Positions 50,611 to 64,000 of a DNA stretch of 64,000 bases are shown here, piece after piece. The notes below the pieces were generated by a model. The model was given only the letters and a program-made list of their open reading frames with translations, had not been told where the DNA came from and ran no database searches. The position numbers and the translations under genes were made by a program. Every line of letters begins with the position of its first letter. Positions within the stretch are counted from its first letter, which is position 1. This stretch comes from Camelus ferus (taxonomy: Eukaryota), in contig NC_045697.1 of NCBI RefSeq assembly GCF_009834535.1, positions 97,900,001 through 97,964,000 on the forward strand, given 5' to 3'.

Positions 50611-51058
50611 TTTTTAAATGTATTGCAAATATGTTTTTAAGAATCATCTGAATTTTAGGAGGACATTCATAATAATATTATGGATATTGTCATTTGCATC
50701 TACCAGAGTCCCTTATAAAAAGTTCATTCATTTCACCAACGTTTATCAAATATCTTCTTTATGCTAGGCACTAAAAAATGATGAAGACGTCAACTACAAT
50801 CAAAAATTCATTCTCTCGTGGAAACTAAAATTCAAACAGGACAAGACATGGATGCCCCCTGACCTGGTTATTCACATGATTGTCTCATTTTCATCAGTCA
50901 GGCTCAGATCAAGCCTCCCTCAGAGAAATCACCTCTCCTTTTTCTAAGTATGCCCCACGACCCCTGTGCTCCTCATTCCCTGTGATTTTTAATGTGAGGG
51001 AGACAAAACAAAACCTTTTCTAACTCCAATAGTCTTTTCAAATATTTTTATGTATTCC

Positions 51059-51715
51059 TGTTAGAGCAGGCAGATGGCTAGATATGAGCAGAGAAAGGGG
51101 GACCCAGGCCATATGGCAGGAACTGGGCAGAAAGGAGGGGCACAGGCCAAATGCAGGAAACCATACATCACGTAAGCACCAGGGGTCCCTGGGCAGAGAA
51201 TGAAAAGCAGGAACCTCTGGGCTGATAAGGGGTCACACATTTTAGGGGTGACAAGTGTCCTGGAGGCCGACAAAGAAAGGTGGAAAAAAGCAGGAATCTC
51301 CAGTGTCTGAATGTAACCTTTTGCTCATTATGCCCTCATTTCAATAAAATTAGCCTTGCAGATTAGAAGTGCCCATCATGTACCCACACCATGACACTTC
51401 CGATCCAGAATAAATAAGGACAAAAATCCCTCCTCCCCTCAGGAAGGTGGAGTTGGGATGAAAATCAGGGAATAGGACCCCAAACCCTTCCCTCCCCAAT
51501 GAATATTCCACCCATTCATTTTTACACTCTGTGTAACCAACTTGCCAAAGAAACTCAGGGCAGCCGCTCACCTGAGCCTGCCCGCTCTCCCCTTGAGAGT
51601 GTACTATCCCTCCCTCAATAAATCTCCACTTTACTTCTTTAACCTCCATGTCTCATCTCTGAATTCTTTCTGGGACAGGACAAGAACCTGGACACTGGCT
51701 ACATCTACTGCAACA
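51059..51715 (+). mobile_element. ERV1-like solo LTR (MER41-like, ~657 bp)
   Basis: TG...CA termini (tgttagagc...ctgcaaca), gagtgtact...aataaa at ~51617, tctctgaattctttct...gacaagaacc 3' motif, imperfect TSD ttcc/ttct. Confidence 0.8.
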
Positions 51716-53699
51716 TTCTATTCACTAAATTCTACAAAGAAATTAAGGCCATGTACTCAGCATTTAAAGCGCCCTCAAAGTATTTTCTCTAAATCTCTAG
51801 TGCAAGTATTTTTGAGAGGAGTTGTCAGAACTATTTGTTGCCCTTAAGGATAAGTCTATTTTTTATGTAGCTTGTAATCTCAAATGGAAAGAGTTCCTGG
51901 CCTCTTTGGCCTCGGTTATTATTATCATTATTATTATTTATTATTATTATTTTTGCTTTTTATCAACCTTTTATTTGTAGGACATGTTCTAAAAGAAATG
52001 GTTCATTAAACAGAGAGAGAGAGGATAACTACTTTGGAAGATAAAACTTGGGATAAAAAAGTGAAACAGAAGTATGTTTACAATAGCGATGGAAAGACTC
52101 AAAGAAACTTACCAAATTTAAATTACTTCAACCAAACTAAGCTATCGTTTTGACTCTTCCTTTTACATTATTTTCACAGCCATGAGATAAATCTGTACAA
52201 ATCTCCCAAAAGAAGACTTAAAAAAATAAATGGAAGCAGTGAAGAGGAAAAAGAGGGGAAAAAAGTTGAGGCGGCTTTAACAGAGAAAAGAAATGTTTAT
52301 TCCATCAAAACCTCATGTGAATTCTAAATTATTAAATCTCTGAGAACACCTGATTTATGAACAGGATAACACAGCCCCTAGCCAAAATCATTTTTAATAA
52401 AAAGCAGGAAACCTCCTGAAGTTCATCTCAGATTTAATATCAAACACAGCACCACACACGAACACTTCCCCATAAAACACAAACACAGCACGGCACAGTC
52501 AGCTGGTAGCCAGCAGCAGGGAGTCAGCAGAACACACTGACAGGGTGTCAGAGCCAGGGAAGGGATCAGGCTCACAATCGAGACGGAGCAGCCATGGGGA
52601 GTGGACCACAGACTGAGATGATGTCACGGAGGAAGGGAAGAGGGCATAAGGAAGGCTCATTTCTAAACACAGGAGAACAGCTGATCTTTCCTGGTCAAAG
52701 CACTGAGCTTCCTGAGTGACTATGGGATGGAGAGAGCATTGCAACTGTGTCCTGTGTTGATTTCTGCACATAAACTTAGAATGTACCAAATGAACTGGAA
52801 CCACCACGAGAAAACAAGTGCTAGTAACGAAATCAATGAAATCCAATAATGCCATCCTCATTTTGTAGGAAAAGTAGCAAGTGTCTAAGAGAGGCATAAA
52901 AACATGACTCAAATACTTTCCAACAGATGCTTGGTTCATCGATAAGAAGGATATCAGGGGGGAAAAATATCCTTTCTAATTTATGTTGCTTAGGAATCGA
53001 GTTTATGACCATGTTCATAACCTATGTGGCAAAGGATTATTTCTCAGGAACATAAATTCGACTAGTTGGATACATTTATAATAGTTAAATTCATTCATGT
53101 TTAATCCTTTACAGGGTAGTTTCAACAACTACAAGGATCATAAAGAAATATTTTTTGCATGTTTCCATTGATATTTCCATTAACATTTTGGCACTTGGTA
53201 TTTTGTTAAAAAATATTCTGGAAAATAGAAAATCATTCTGAAAGGTGCTCTATTTGTAGAGCTCAGGGAGTTAAAAAAGAAAGGCCAAAAGGGGAAGTGA
53301 GTAAGACTAATATTATCGACAGAAACCTTGTAGGTTACTTTAATTAGTTAGTATTTTAAAAATCTAATAGAAGAAAAAGAAACCAAGTTAACAGTTAAGC
53401 ATAGTCAGCAAAAGAAATGTCTGGACTATAAAGAATTTAGCCCTACATTTAGAATATATCTTTATATAGTACAGGTTGTATCATGAGGTAATATGACCAA
53501 GATAATTTGAAAAACTGTGAACTTTACATTTCAAAGCACTATCTAGATTATCCTCCTATGCATAAAAAGCTTGGAGTAGAAATTGCCTTCATACAAATAT
53601 GTTATACTCAACGTTGATTTCTTCAGAGGAAAAGAATAATAATTAAGGCCATCTTTCCCTGCAGATTAAAAAGAGTATTAGAACTTTTAATAATAAAAA

Positions 53700-55140
53700 T
53701 TATATAGTCATTGGCTGATACAGCAATAGAAAGATAAGTAGAGCAGAATAGATTACCTTGAAATACAACCTAGTAAAAGACATAAAAACTGAATATATAA
53801 TACAAGTGTAGTACATATTATAAACCAAGTAAATATCGTAAGATAAGGGGTAACATGACTTTAATAAATGATGGGATACTGGGAATTTGGGGAGAAATCA
53901 AGAGCTTACACTGGATCATATTCAAAGAAATCCATTCCTGATAAGATAAAAAGTTTAATGTGAAAAGAAATCAGGGGAAAACAAACAGAAAATGTGAGTA
54001 AGATTTACATGATCTACAGATGTAGAAAGATCTCCGATATAAAAGCAGTATATAGAAGTTTCAAAAAATTGCAACATTTAAATGTAGTAGTTAAATTTAA
54101 ATATTTAACACATTAAATTACTATATTTAAATTTAAAGTTCTTTAAGCTGAATCATAAGGAAAATTTAGTTACATGAAGAACTGATGAAATATTTTGCAA
54201 AAAAATGTAAGAAATAAAGAATCAGCGCCTGTAACATACAAAGAATTCTGCTGAATCACCCATATTCAGGCCCCCACATGGCAACCACACACAGCTACTA
54301 GACAGGGGAGTCACACAGACTCATGTGTGATAAAAAAAAATGCAACTTGAAACAATGGGGAGTAATTTTTGCTTTTTAATTAACAAATATTTTTGTAAAT
54401 AATGACACTCAATGCTGATTAAGTATTCTTAACTCTCGTTATTGTGGGAGGAAACTGATATACCCATTCTGGAAAGCAACTTGGTAATGCAGAAAGAAAC
54501 TTTTAAAAAGTTCATTGCCTTTGATACAGTAATTCTCTTCTAGCAATCTTGCTGAGAAAATCATTAAGTATGTACAAAGATTAATATATTAAACACATGA
54601 CACAGCATTATTAGGCTAAGAAAAATTGGAAACAATTTCAATGCCTAAGAGAAAAAGGAGTAATTATTGGTACATCTACCCAATGAAATATTATACCACC
54701 ATTAAAAATGGTGTTTACTTAGATTTTAAAGATCTAGGGAAATCTAATGAAATGACATGAAATGAAAAAAGCAGGATCAATCTAGATGAACAGAAAGAGC
54801 TAGAGCTAAGCTCGAGACACAGCAAATCGAGATGGCAGAGCAAACTTCAAGGTGCCTTCAAACTGCTGGGGATACAGTAATGAATGACACAGGGGAAACT
54901 GACAACAAATAAACAAATATATATATATATATATAAAATGTAATGGCAGGGTTATGAAGAAAAACACACATGTACATTCATCTCAAGTAATATAATGCGA
55001 CACATACATGCATGGCAGAAACACACACACATACATACAGATGGGGAAAAAACACACTATCAAAACAATAAAAATGAGGCCTTTCATTTGATGTGATCAT
55101 GAGATGAGAGATGACTTTTTCTTCTACACATTTTTGGATA
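53700..55140 (+). mobile_element. Highly decayed old L1 (L1MC/L1ME-like) ORF2 end and 3'UTR
   Basis: A-rich sequence with ttctggaaagcaacttggtaat...ctttgatacagtaattctcttctagcaatc...tggaaacaat...tggtacatc, matching the L1 ORF2 terminus. Confidence 0.55.
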
Positions 55141-55152
55141 TTCTAATTTGAT

Positions 55153-55572
55153 CACATGGATGGGCTTAGAGATTGTCATTCTAAGTGAAGTAAGCCAGAG
55201 AGAAAGAAAAATACCATGTGATATCATTTATATGTGGAATATAAAAAAAGAAAAAAGAGGACACTATGAACTCATCTACAAAACAGAAACAGACTCACAG
55301 ACATAGTAAACAATCTTATGGTTACTGGAGGAAAGGGGTGGGAAGGGATAAATTTGGGAGTTTGAGATTTGCAAATATTAACTACTATATATAAAAATAG
55401 ATAAACAAATTTGTATAGCACAGGGAACTATATTCGGTATCTTATAATAACCTTTAATGAAAAAGAATATGAAAATGAATATATGTATATATATGCATGA
55501 CTGGGACATAATACTGTACACCAGAAACTGACACATTGTAACTGACTGTACTTCAATAAAAAATAAAGATAA
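55153..55572 (+). mobile_element. 5'-truncated young L1 3' end
   Basis: catggatgggcttagagattgtcattctaagtgaagtaagccagag...gggaagggataaatttgggagtttgag...cttcaataaaaaa; same family as 5482-6311. Confidence 0.85.
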
Positions 55573-58500
55573 AGGGGGAAAGGCTACATATTGCTATTGA
55601 AAATACTATGAAGGTCATAATGTTTTACTTTGACTTTTTCTAGTAGGGTACAGAATACATAGAAAGAAATGTTTCTATCGCTTGACTAAATCATTTGACC
55701 ACAACTAGAGATGGAGATTGGTGTCCTAGCCATTGAAAAATGGAATAAACAAAGTGTGTCTGTCAGGAGAAATACAAGAACGAGATCATCAGGACATCTC
55801 GTGTTCCTGGGTGCCCCCGATGAGAGGTGCAGAGTTGGGGGGGCTGGGTTGAGCAGTGAGAGACTTCCGCCCAGGAGCTGCTACAGAAACAACAGGAGCC
55901 CAATTCACACTATCTTTTAGAGAACAGGAAACTCCGGCTCTGTTTAGTCACTGTCTCAGATCATAAACTTGATGGTTTGAAAGCACCTACCTATCAAAAC
56001 AGAAGCTTTCTCCTGCGCTGCAGTTCAGAGTTCAGATTGTGGCTTGGCAGAAAGCCAAATGGCTGTGTGGCCCAGCGAGAGACACTGGCGAGTTCAATTT
56101 GTAGCTGTGTTCCCCCAACGTTGGCCACTTGCTCCCCTCTCCTTGGCAAGAGTACACTCATCCACCCATCAGCATCATGAGGATCAAACAGCTAAACACA
56201 CACATTTCAAACACATTTAACCTTTCTTCCATCAGACCCTGAGCAGCTACAAAACAGTATTTTAGCATCACGACCATCAGTTGCTATCCATCTCTCTCAT
56301 TTCTTTTGTCATTTTCTGGCTCAAAAAAAAAAAAAAGAAATTAATTGCGTCTTCTATATCAAATTCTGTTTTGTCTGCCTCAGGCCGGAATAAAGGAAGT
56401 GAGATTTTGATTGTTTGACAATATCAATACAGAAAAATTAAATATTGCCCCCCAGAGAGTTATCAGAACTGTTTTAAGTACCAGCATATCTGTAAAGACG
56501 TTAGAAAAAATAAAAAGCAACTCTTATAAGAGCCTAACATTTTAGCATTTCCTCATCATCAAGTTTTTGTTTTATTCTTATAACCAAAAGACCTTCAATA
56601 AATGACCTTGGATAGATTACTTAATTCAGCTAACCTGGGACCTCTTTTATAATGTTTGAATAACAGTTTTAGAAAGTGGAACACAGGCAAATGTTAATGC
56701 TTTTGCACATTTTTAAAAGCAGTTTTGTTCTCTTCTCAAATGACATGTGGGTCACTCCTAATGATTACATTCTCCCCTCAGCTAATTTCAAGGCTGCAGT
56801 CTTGCCACATTCATCTCTCTCAGATTTGTATCCAACAATGCAAAGTGTTTAGAAAGAGGACTAGAAAGGGATTCAGATTTTAACTTGTAAACATAGACAA
56901 ATTAATCCACCTCTATGACTTCAATTTCTTTATCTTTCCAAAGAAAGGGATGGAAAAGTTGATAGTTACTTCTTTTCCAATTCTAACCTTACAGGCCTTT
57001 GTGCTTTATTTTCTCAAGGTCAAGTTCATGGTGTTGTTCACCGTGGCAGTGAGTCAGTCTAATAAACTAGGGCAGCCAGGCCACCATGTAAATGAAAGGA
57101 GATAAGTGGGTGGAGAACTATTTGTACACAGATGTAACATGAAAATTGAACTAATTTAGACATTTAGAGACAATCACACACTTTCCTATTTATCCCTGAG
57201 AAAATGACCATTACAGCAGAATGTCAGGAAGGAAGAAAAAACTGGTATCATGAAGGGTCAACAGGAGAGACACTATGGATAAGGTGGGACATGAGATGCT
57301 TATAGAAAGCACTGTGTGATAGGCAACCTACCAGGTTCTAAAAATGCCTCTGCTTATAAAGTCATGCATTATCATCTTTTGTCTCTATCTCATTTTGTGT
57401 TATATGACTATATAAGCTTTACTTTTTCACACACTAAGAAAAATTTGAGTGCTATGCCATGGACTTAATTTCATAAACTATCTTTCATATAATATTGTGT
57501 ACCTTACCATATAAAACAGTGGCCTTAGTAATTGATTACTGCATTCTCAACTCATTTGCATCATGATTGATTATTGTTAAGTTTTTGATATTCTGTTCCA
57601 CATTTACAATTTTAAGAGAGAGAGAGAATATGAGAAAAGGGGAAAATGAGAACATGACCCAGCAGTAAATAGTTGGGGCAACCATCTTATTTTTAAAAGC
57701 TATAAATTGGTCTCCTTAGATAACCAATGAAATACTCCATGTTTTTGAAAAACAACCCTCTATGTCAGAATTTAGAAATGCCTGACTCTGAGACTGAGAT
57801 CGTTTCTGCTTCCCATGGCAGTGTTTCAAACAAGGATGTCTTTTACCTCGTCATAATGGAATGCAAACCCAACACTGAACCAGTGCAGAAAAAAGTGGTA
57901 GTTGGCCCAAGTTCACAAATCTTGATCTGACAAATGAGCTAATGACATGATGTTTGATGACAACAGTAAAAAGTAAATGGTTGACCATTAAATAAACATC
58001 TACTATGAGCAAGATATTGTCAGACACATGAGTATATTATTTTTAATTCTTGCAAAACTCTCCACAATAAGCATTAGAATACCCACTTAACAGCTGGGTA
58101 AGGGAACAAATACACATTTAAAAAATACTACAAAACTCTCTCTCTCGTTCCTTAGGTAGGCAGCAAAAAATTATAAATAAGTAAATGCAATTCTAACCAG
58201 ATTATTGGAAATGCCTAATGCCTCAAGTAGTTGACTTATCAGAGAAGATATTTCTCTGCATAGGTAATTCCTTCATAATATACACTTAGACCCTCGAGAA
58301 AAATGAAACACATAGTAAAATGCTACCATGAACACCTGTACCACTCCATACACCATTTAATACCTTCTGCAGGCATATATGCTAAAAACAGTAAACAGGA
58401 TCCCGGATTCATCATGCACATTGCTGATCACCCTAACAAGTGTACTAACAGCTGTATTTTTCCAGTGCACTTCGTGCATCACAAGATCCTGTACTTAGGG

Positions 58501-58841
58501 TGATCCCACTTAATCAGTTTCCACAGCTTGGCTCTAACCCTAGATCTTCAGATCTAATCATTAAGTTCCTACACTGCGGAGCGCCGATTTGGCTTTATCC
58601 CGTCCCCGGTTTGTCCATCCAAACTTCTTACCACTTTCTGACATAACTCAAAAAGCTACAGTCCACTCTAATCTCCCAGTCATCATGAGATCTAGAAACT
58701 GGTCACAGAATCCCTTTCTCTGTGTCAGTGTCCTTGACATTTTTTCTTCCTGAGACAGAGATCCTAAGTTTCATGCCTTGACCATGCTCCCCAAATGCTC
58801 CTTCTATTTGTCAAGCTAGGGAGTTGTGTGTCATCTACAAG

Positions 58842-59025
58842 AATCATAGAACATAGCAGAGTTGAAAGAAAACTCAGAATTTGCTATTCTACCATTCTTT
58901 TTCTGCAGTTGAGAAATCAGAGGCTCAGAGAGGATAAAGGATGTAGCTAAGATCACAGAATTAAATGTTTCCAGAAACAGAACTAGAACCTTAGTCACCT
59001 GACTCCAAGTTCAGAGCTCTTTCCA
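58842..59025 (-). mobile_element. MIR/MIR3 SINE
   Basis: gaatcatagaa...gagaaatcagaggctcagagaggataaagg...aagatcacag...tgactccaagttcagagctctttccac. Confidence 0.75.
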
Positions 59026-61044
59026 CAAAGAAAGAGTCTCAGCTGCCTCCCAGCCCGGCTCCCGTCCTGGACTGGCATTGTTATTTTCCCCACCTTCTTT
59101 ACCCCACTCTTCCCCTAGAACACCAAATGTTTGAAAGTCAGATTTTTAACACATATTATTTAAAATATTTTATATTATAGAAGCAAACTGAGGCAATGGC
59201 CTCTCACTTTTTCGACTTCAATATCTAAAGACTTGCAGCTGAATGATAACCCCTTTTACGTCTATTTTGAAAATTTCAATGCCTGACCAAATTCTTATTT
59301 CAACACATTTGAAAATAAATTTTATTCTAAAATGCACTCTTATTAAATTTAATCTCATATGGTCTTTTATTAGCATGGAGAATAAATCATATCACCTTTT
59401 TCATTCAAAAAACAAGACAAACTCCCCTGGATTTTTGAGGAGAGGATGTAAGGGCTACCTTGACTCACCCTTCTTCTCTAAGCAGTTTGTTTAGTCCATA
59501 TCTTTGGGCTGAGACAGTGTGGCGATTATGGTGCTATTTGCTAGAATTTTCTGTCATGTGATTTGTCACCTTGTCTGACTCTAGCAATGGTTCAAGTCCA
59601 GGAAGCAATTACCTTTCCCAAGATATTTGCTTTTGTTAAAAATAAAGATATAAAAGAAGACTGAAAGGTGACTTCTTGGATTGCAATGCTCTTGAAACTG
59701 TATATATGTCACAAAAAGAAAAGCAACTGAACCTGCTTTTAGGGTCATCTTCCCCGAGCACTGCTTCACATACACCAAAAACCTGCAACAGATCCCCACA
59801 CCCCCATCTCACGGGCTACTGGATCATGCCCAAAATTCTTGTAATAGAGGCTAAAGCTCACCACATGCCAGCATCCACATCTTTAACTACCATATCTTTC
59901 ACTCCTCTTCACAATGCTTTGTTTTCACCAGAGCAGTCTACATCGTATTCCCTGAAACCACTAAACAGTTCCATGCTCTGTGTATGGCCATCCCTCATTT
60001 GAGATGCCTTCACTTTTCTGTTCTTCCTTTCTAGGTCCTGCTCTTCTCCCAACTTCCTCTTCCACAGCAAAGTTACCTCCTTAGTCAGCCATCATGCCCC
60101 CTGCACACCCATGGGTCACTTCCACTTTGCACCCTAAGAAAATGACTGGCATGTTGGAAAGAGCTCTGGAGCCAAACAGTCCCTGCATTGTATCAAGTAT
60201 GGATTATAATCCTAGTCTTCTCATGTACTAATTACATGCCTATGAGAAGTTACTCCACTTCCACATGCTTCAACTTTCTCAACTGAAAAATGGGACTAAG
60301 ACACACCATATTGTTAAAAATAATCTGAAGGGCTACCCTGCAATCCATCTATTACTCAGATAACAAGTACCATTTATATTTTAAATAAAGACTATGCATT
60401 TTTAAATTAGACCAAAAATGCATTAAAAAAAATTTGGGGGTAAACTAATAACTTGTGTTTTCCTGTTTTGTACCAATTTGATAATTCGACAGCTTCCTTT
60501 CTGGAAATAAAAATTTAAATACATGCTACCAGCCACTCAGATCAAGAACTTGTTTGTCAGATTTCATAAAGGAATTTCTCGGTAAGATAGTGAACCTAAA
60601 AATAGGTGACTGCAGTGGAAGTACAAACAGTCCATCCATCATACCAGCACCATTGGCTAACAGTGTGACGGGGCCAGTATGGGTGTGGGTATACAAATAT
60701 TTGGTTCAGTAGGAAAAAAAAATCTGCCAAGAAATTCATTCTGATTAGGATGCGTGAGCGTATTACTACCTGAGGGAGGTTAGAGACTATTAAATAAAAA
60801 GCAGTTCTCATCATCTTCTGAACCTTTTAACTACTAATAATTGGGTACTTTGCTGATGAGGCAGAACAACTTTTCAAGCTGATTAATAGGTCATGTGTGT
60901 TGAAAAGGCACCCCCGTTCATAAAACAATTATGCTAATCCTCTAATTTTTTCCAAAGATTATGAAATATTCTAATCTTTGAAGAACATAGGTTTGGGTTG
61001 CAGATGGTGTTTGTATATTACTTGTCAGGCTCATTAACATTTTT

Positions 61045-61215
61045 GATTTTCACATATTTTATCCTCCCAACCCCATGAGAACTGTAATATAGGGATTATT
61101 ACACTCTATTTCAAAGGGGTAAACAGACTTAGAAGCAATTTAGAGGTCTGCCCAAGGTCAAACATCTAGTTAAGAGGAGACAGCATCAGAATTTTTATTT
61201 TCTGAACCAGTGTTA
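61045..61215 (-). mobile_element. MIR SINE
   Basis: atcctcccaaccccatgag...taaacagacttagaag...tgcccaaggtcaaacatctagt. Confidence 0.6.
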
Positions 61216-64000
61216 TTTTCAAAGACTCAGTAAATAAATATTTTTACAGTTCATAAAAGTGAAGGACATGTTTCTTCACTGGAAAGTCTCAACTTTATTG
61301 GGTTCACTTTAGACGTTTACATTATTGGTAATACAGTTTGAGCTTTTGCCTATACAAGTTCAAAAGTTGCTCATTTTCCGGAGTAGATCGCTAAGCTCAG
61401 TCAGTGTTTGAATATGACTGGCCAAAATTATCAAGATTATTTCAGTGCCTGGTAAGTGCATATACAATGGCCTAGATGCATTTAGTCTCTGCCCATAATG
61501 AATGACATGGGATATTACTCTGTTTTTGTGAGAATCTTAAACAACAATGAAACTGAATGAAAACCAAGCAGCGGTCCACAAACTAGATTTTAGTGGTCCA
61601 AGAAGTTTTTCACCAAGTGTAACCCAGAATGTAAAATTTAGTTATGAGCCACCTTTTGGGTACAATCATTAACTTTCAAATCCAGGCATAGAGAAGGGTA
61701 GCTTATTTGCATAAATCAGAATATGGATGAGGGGAGTTACTAAAGTGTGAACTCCAAAGCAGGAGACAATCTAATGACTGATTTATTGCTTCTAATTGCA
61801 GAAGGTATTTCCTTTCTGATAAGAGGATTCTAACTCTGTAACCCCTGGTGTTTGAGAAAATGACCTTTGGGTTGTACCTATTACAGTCAAGACATATAAC
61901 CCCTCTACTTATGCCACTCAACAAAAAATTTATCAAAGACTGAAATAGTCATGGAAATTATCAGGTTTATAATCAACATATGCCAGTGAAAAATATCTGT
62001 AACCAAGTTCAAACAAGTTGTAAATTTTTCATTGTATTTTATATGAATTCTGTTTAAAGACATTATAGATGAGATTCATGCATCTGGTGAAAAGCTAGAT
62101 TACATAGTGTCCAAGGTCCCCCTTTAGTTTTGAAATTCTTTGACTTTATCATCATACCACTTATGGTCTCTTATTATATGGATAATTAAGGGAAACAGAA
62201 GCACAGGGCAGAATTAAATCAGCCACTGTTGTTGCTCCTAAGACGAGTTTATGATTCTTGACTCAAAATATAAACTTCAATAAAACTAAAATTCAAACTT
62301 AGAAACAACTAACATAAAAGGATGTAAAACAGTCAAAAGCATTGACCTTCAAATTTTTGCCTCATAATGGGGTTAGAATCCTTAAAATTTAAAAAAAAAT
62401 CTAAATGTCTTCCACAAAGCACTTGAAGGATTAATATCTGTCTTCTTTGATTACTGCCTGATAAAATATTATAACATAATCCTATAATTTCTGCACCACT
62501 TATTTGACACTTCAGCCTTACATGAACAAACTGTGTTTGAGCCAAATGTATTTTTTATGCATATGTGAAGCTGAGAAATGCAAGAATTTTGATCCCAGGG
62601 TACATCAATCTCATGTTCCGTTAGTGAGGAATTTTCAGACTGCTCAAAGGCCAGGAAGAGTAACTTGGTGACCTTGTTCTCTGAACACAGAATCATCTCT
62701 TCTTGTGTCTTCTGGACAAATAGTGATCTTTTGTCTGCCTCAGTGGCTCAAACAGTGTAATTATACTCCTATCGCAAAATATATTTTAAAATGGATTTGC
62801 CAAACTTTTTATATATATTTCCAGAAGAAAGGCACAAAATAGAAGGATTTTAATTTAGGTTTCAATTATTTCAACAACTGAAGAGAAACACTGTCATGTA
62901 TTAAGATAATTCTAGCAATGCCTTGTTGTCATTAATAAAGAGATGCTTCATTCTGACAAATCTTTGTAAACTTGGGTATAAACGCAATTTTACAAATAAC
63001 TTGGTTAGGAGACACCATTTTTTAAGAAATTCATTTGGCAAATACTTTCACAAATTAACTTTGCTTAATAATCCTTATTTTTCTATATACGTTTATTTAC
63101 AGTGAGGTAACTTTCTGGGAAAATTAGTTTACATAGCTTAAGAACATACAGCACTTGAGTATTGGTAAAAGGTGCTTTGGAAATATTCTAAGAATGTAGG
63201 TAGCATTATTTTGTAATAAAAAGATCACAAAATATAACACTGCTGTAATCTGAATATATATAGTCAAGACATTATATGCTATTTTCTAGCAACTGTTACA
63301 TTAGAAACCTATAAAGCATATAGAGAAGAAGATTTCTCTCATAGAAAACTGTATCCTTAAAATACCAAAATAATGCAAGATAAAAGACTTCAAGTCAATT
63401 TTTAATGTTTTTTCATGTAACTGCTACAGCTCATTTGGGTAAGATTTTTAAATTGTTTTTGTTTTGCTATGTTTTTAATCAGGTTAATTTTATATGTCAT
63501 GTAAGAAATAGGCCTTATAAAACAGTATAATATTATTAATAATCGCCTTCACTCTGGCTTAATACAAGTCAATAAAGATAAAAGCACATATACCAAGAAT
63601 TTAAGACTGCAACATCTGAACTGAGTGTAAGTAATTTAATTGTGGACCATTTATGGACCACTCTGATTGATCACATCGCCTTAAAGGTCTTCGGGCATTT
63701 TTCCCAAATCAAATCTCTTTTCTTCTAAGTTATCATTGGTACAAGGTGCAATGACTTTCAGACATCAATTAATATAAATTGGAAGCAGGCAAAGTATTAA
63801 TTAAACATGACACTCTGATTATTTAAACCTTCTATTAAAGTTGATTATTCAGAGCATGTTGATAGCCTGCTCTTCAACAACGACTGATGGTCTCAGCTTT
63901 ACTGACTCCCTCCAAGTCTACTGTTTCCAACTCTTCAGAACAGAAGGAATAAATGAAGTGAGAAGAACATGGGAACAAGTCTAATAGACAAACTGACTAA

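Larger units (their letters stand above)
41016..64000 (-). other. SLC7A11: SLC7A11 long intron (intron 6 equivalent, >23 kb, continues beyond the window)
   Basis: No sequence encoding the preceding xCT segment (FYLNFVTEEVENPEK-like) was found between 41016 and the window end. Confidence 0.8.

Noticed and set aside
52499..52939. 146-aa ORF on the same strand as SLC7A11
   Set aside because: No similarity to xCT or any family I recognise, and no exon-like boundaries; treated as a chance intronic ORF.
1..64000. Novel multi-gene system, CRISPR array, rRNA or prokaryote-like operon
   Set aside because: The window is mammalian intron, UTR and intergenic DNA; the only coding signals are SLC7A11 exons and L1 remnants.

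Overview
Mammalian genomic DNA, AT-rich and repeat-rich, probably from a camelid: a Vic-1-type tRNA-derived SINE is present, and I saw no Alu, Bov-tA or PRE-1. The only host gene is the 3' half of SLC7A11 (xCT, cystine/glutamate antiporter light chain) on the minus strand. Six coding exons, equivalent to human exons 7-12 (124, 104, 97, 150, 178 and 68 coding nt), all have GT-AG boundaries and splice into one open frame ending ...LEVVPEEDCQKL*. A ~7.4 kb 3'UTR ends near 16.2 kb. Positions 41016-64000 are one long intron whose upstream exon is outside the window; 1-16.2 kb is downstream intergenic DNA. The rest is transposon-derived (several L1s with target-site duplications, L2, MIR, MER5A, MER33-like, MaLR and ERV1-like solo LTRs), and almost all ORF-track entries are spurious or L1 remnants. 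I found no new multi-gene system. Best leads: (1) a splice acceptor deep in the 3'UTR matching my recollection of the human xCTb terminal exon, here frameshifted, whose use would swap the C-tail and delete ~7.1 kb of exon 12; (2) a dense CLEAR/M-box E-box cluster beside exon 11; (3) a young 117-bp inverted duplication with a junction hairpin; (4) a 2.1 kb doubly deleted L1 bounded by a perfect 15-bp TSD; (5) a perfect NRF2 ARE carried by an LTR. Repeat subfamily names and human comparisons are from memory, not database searches.
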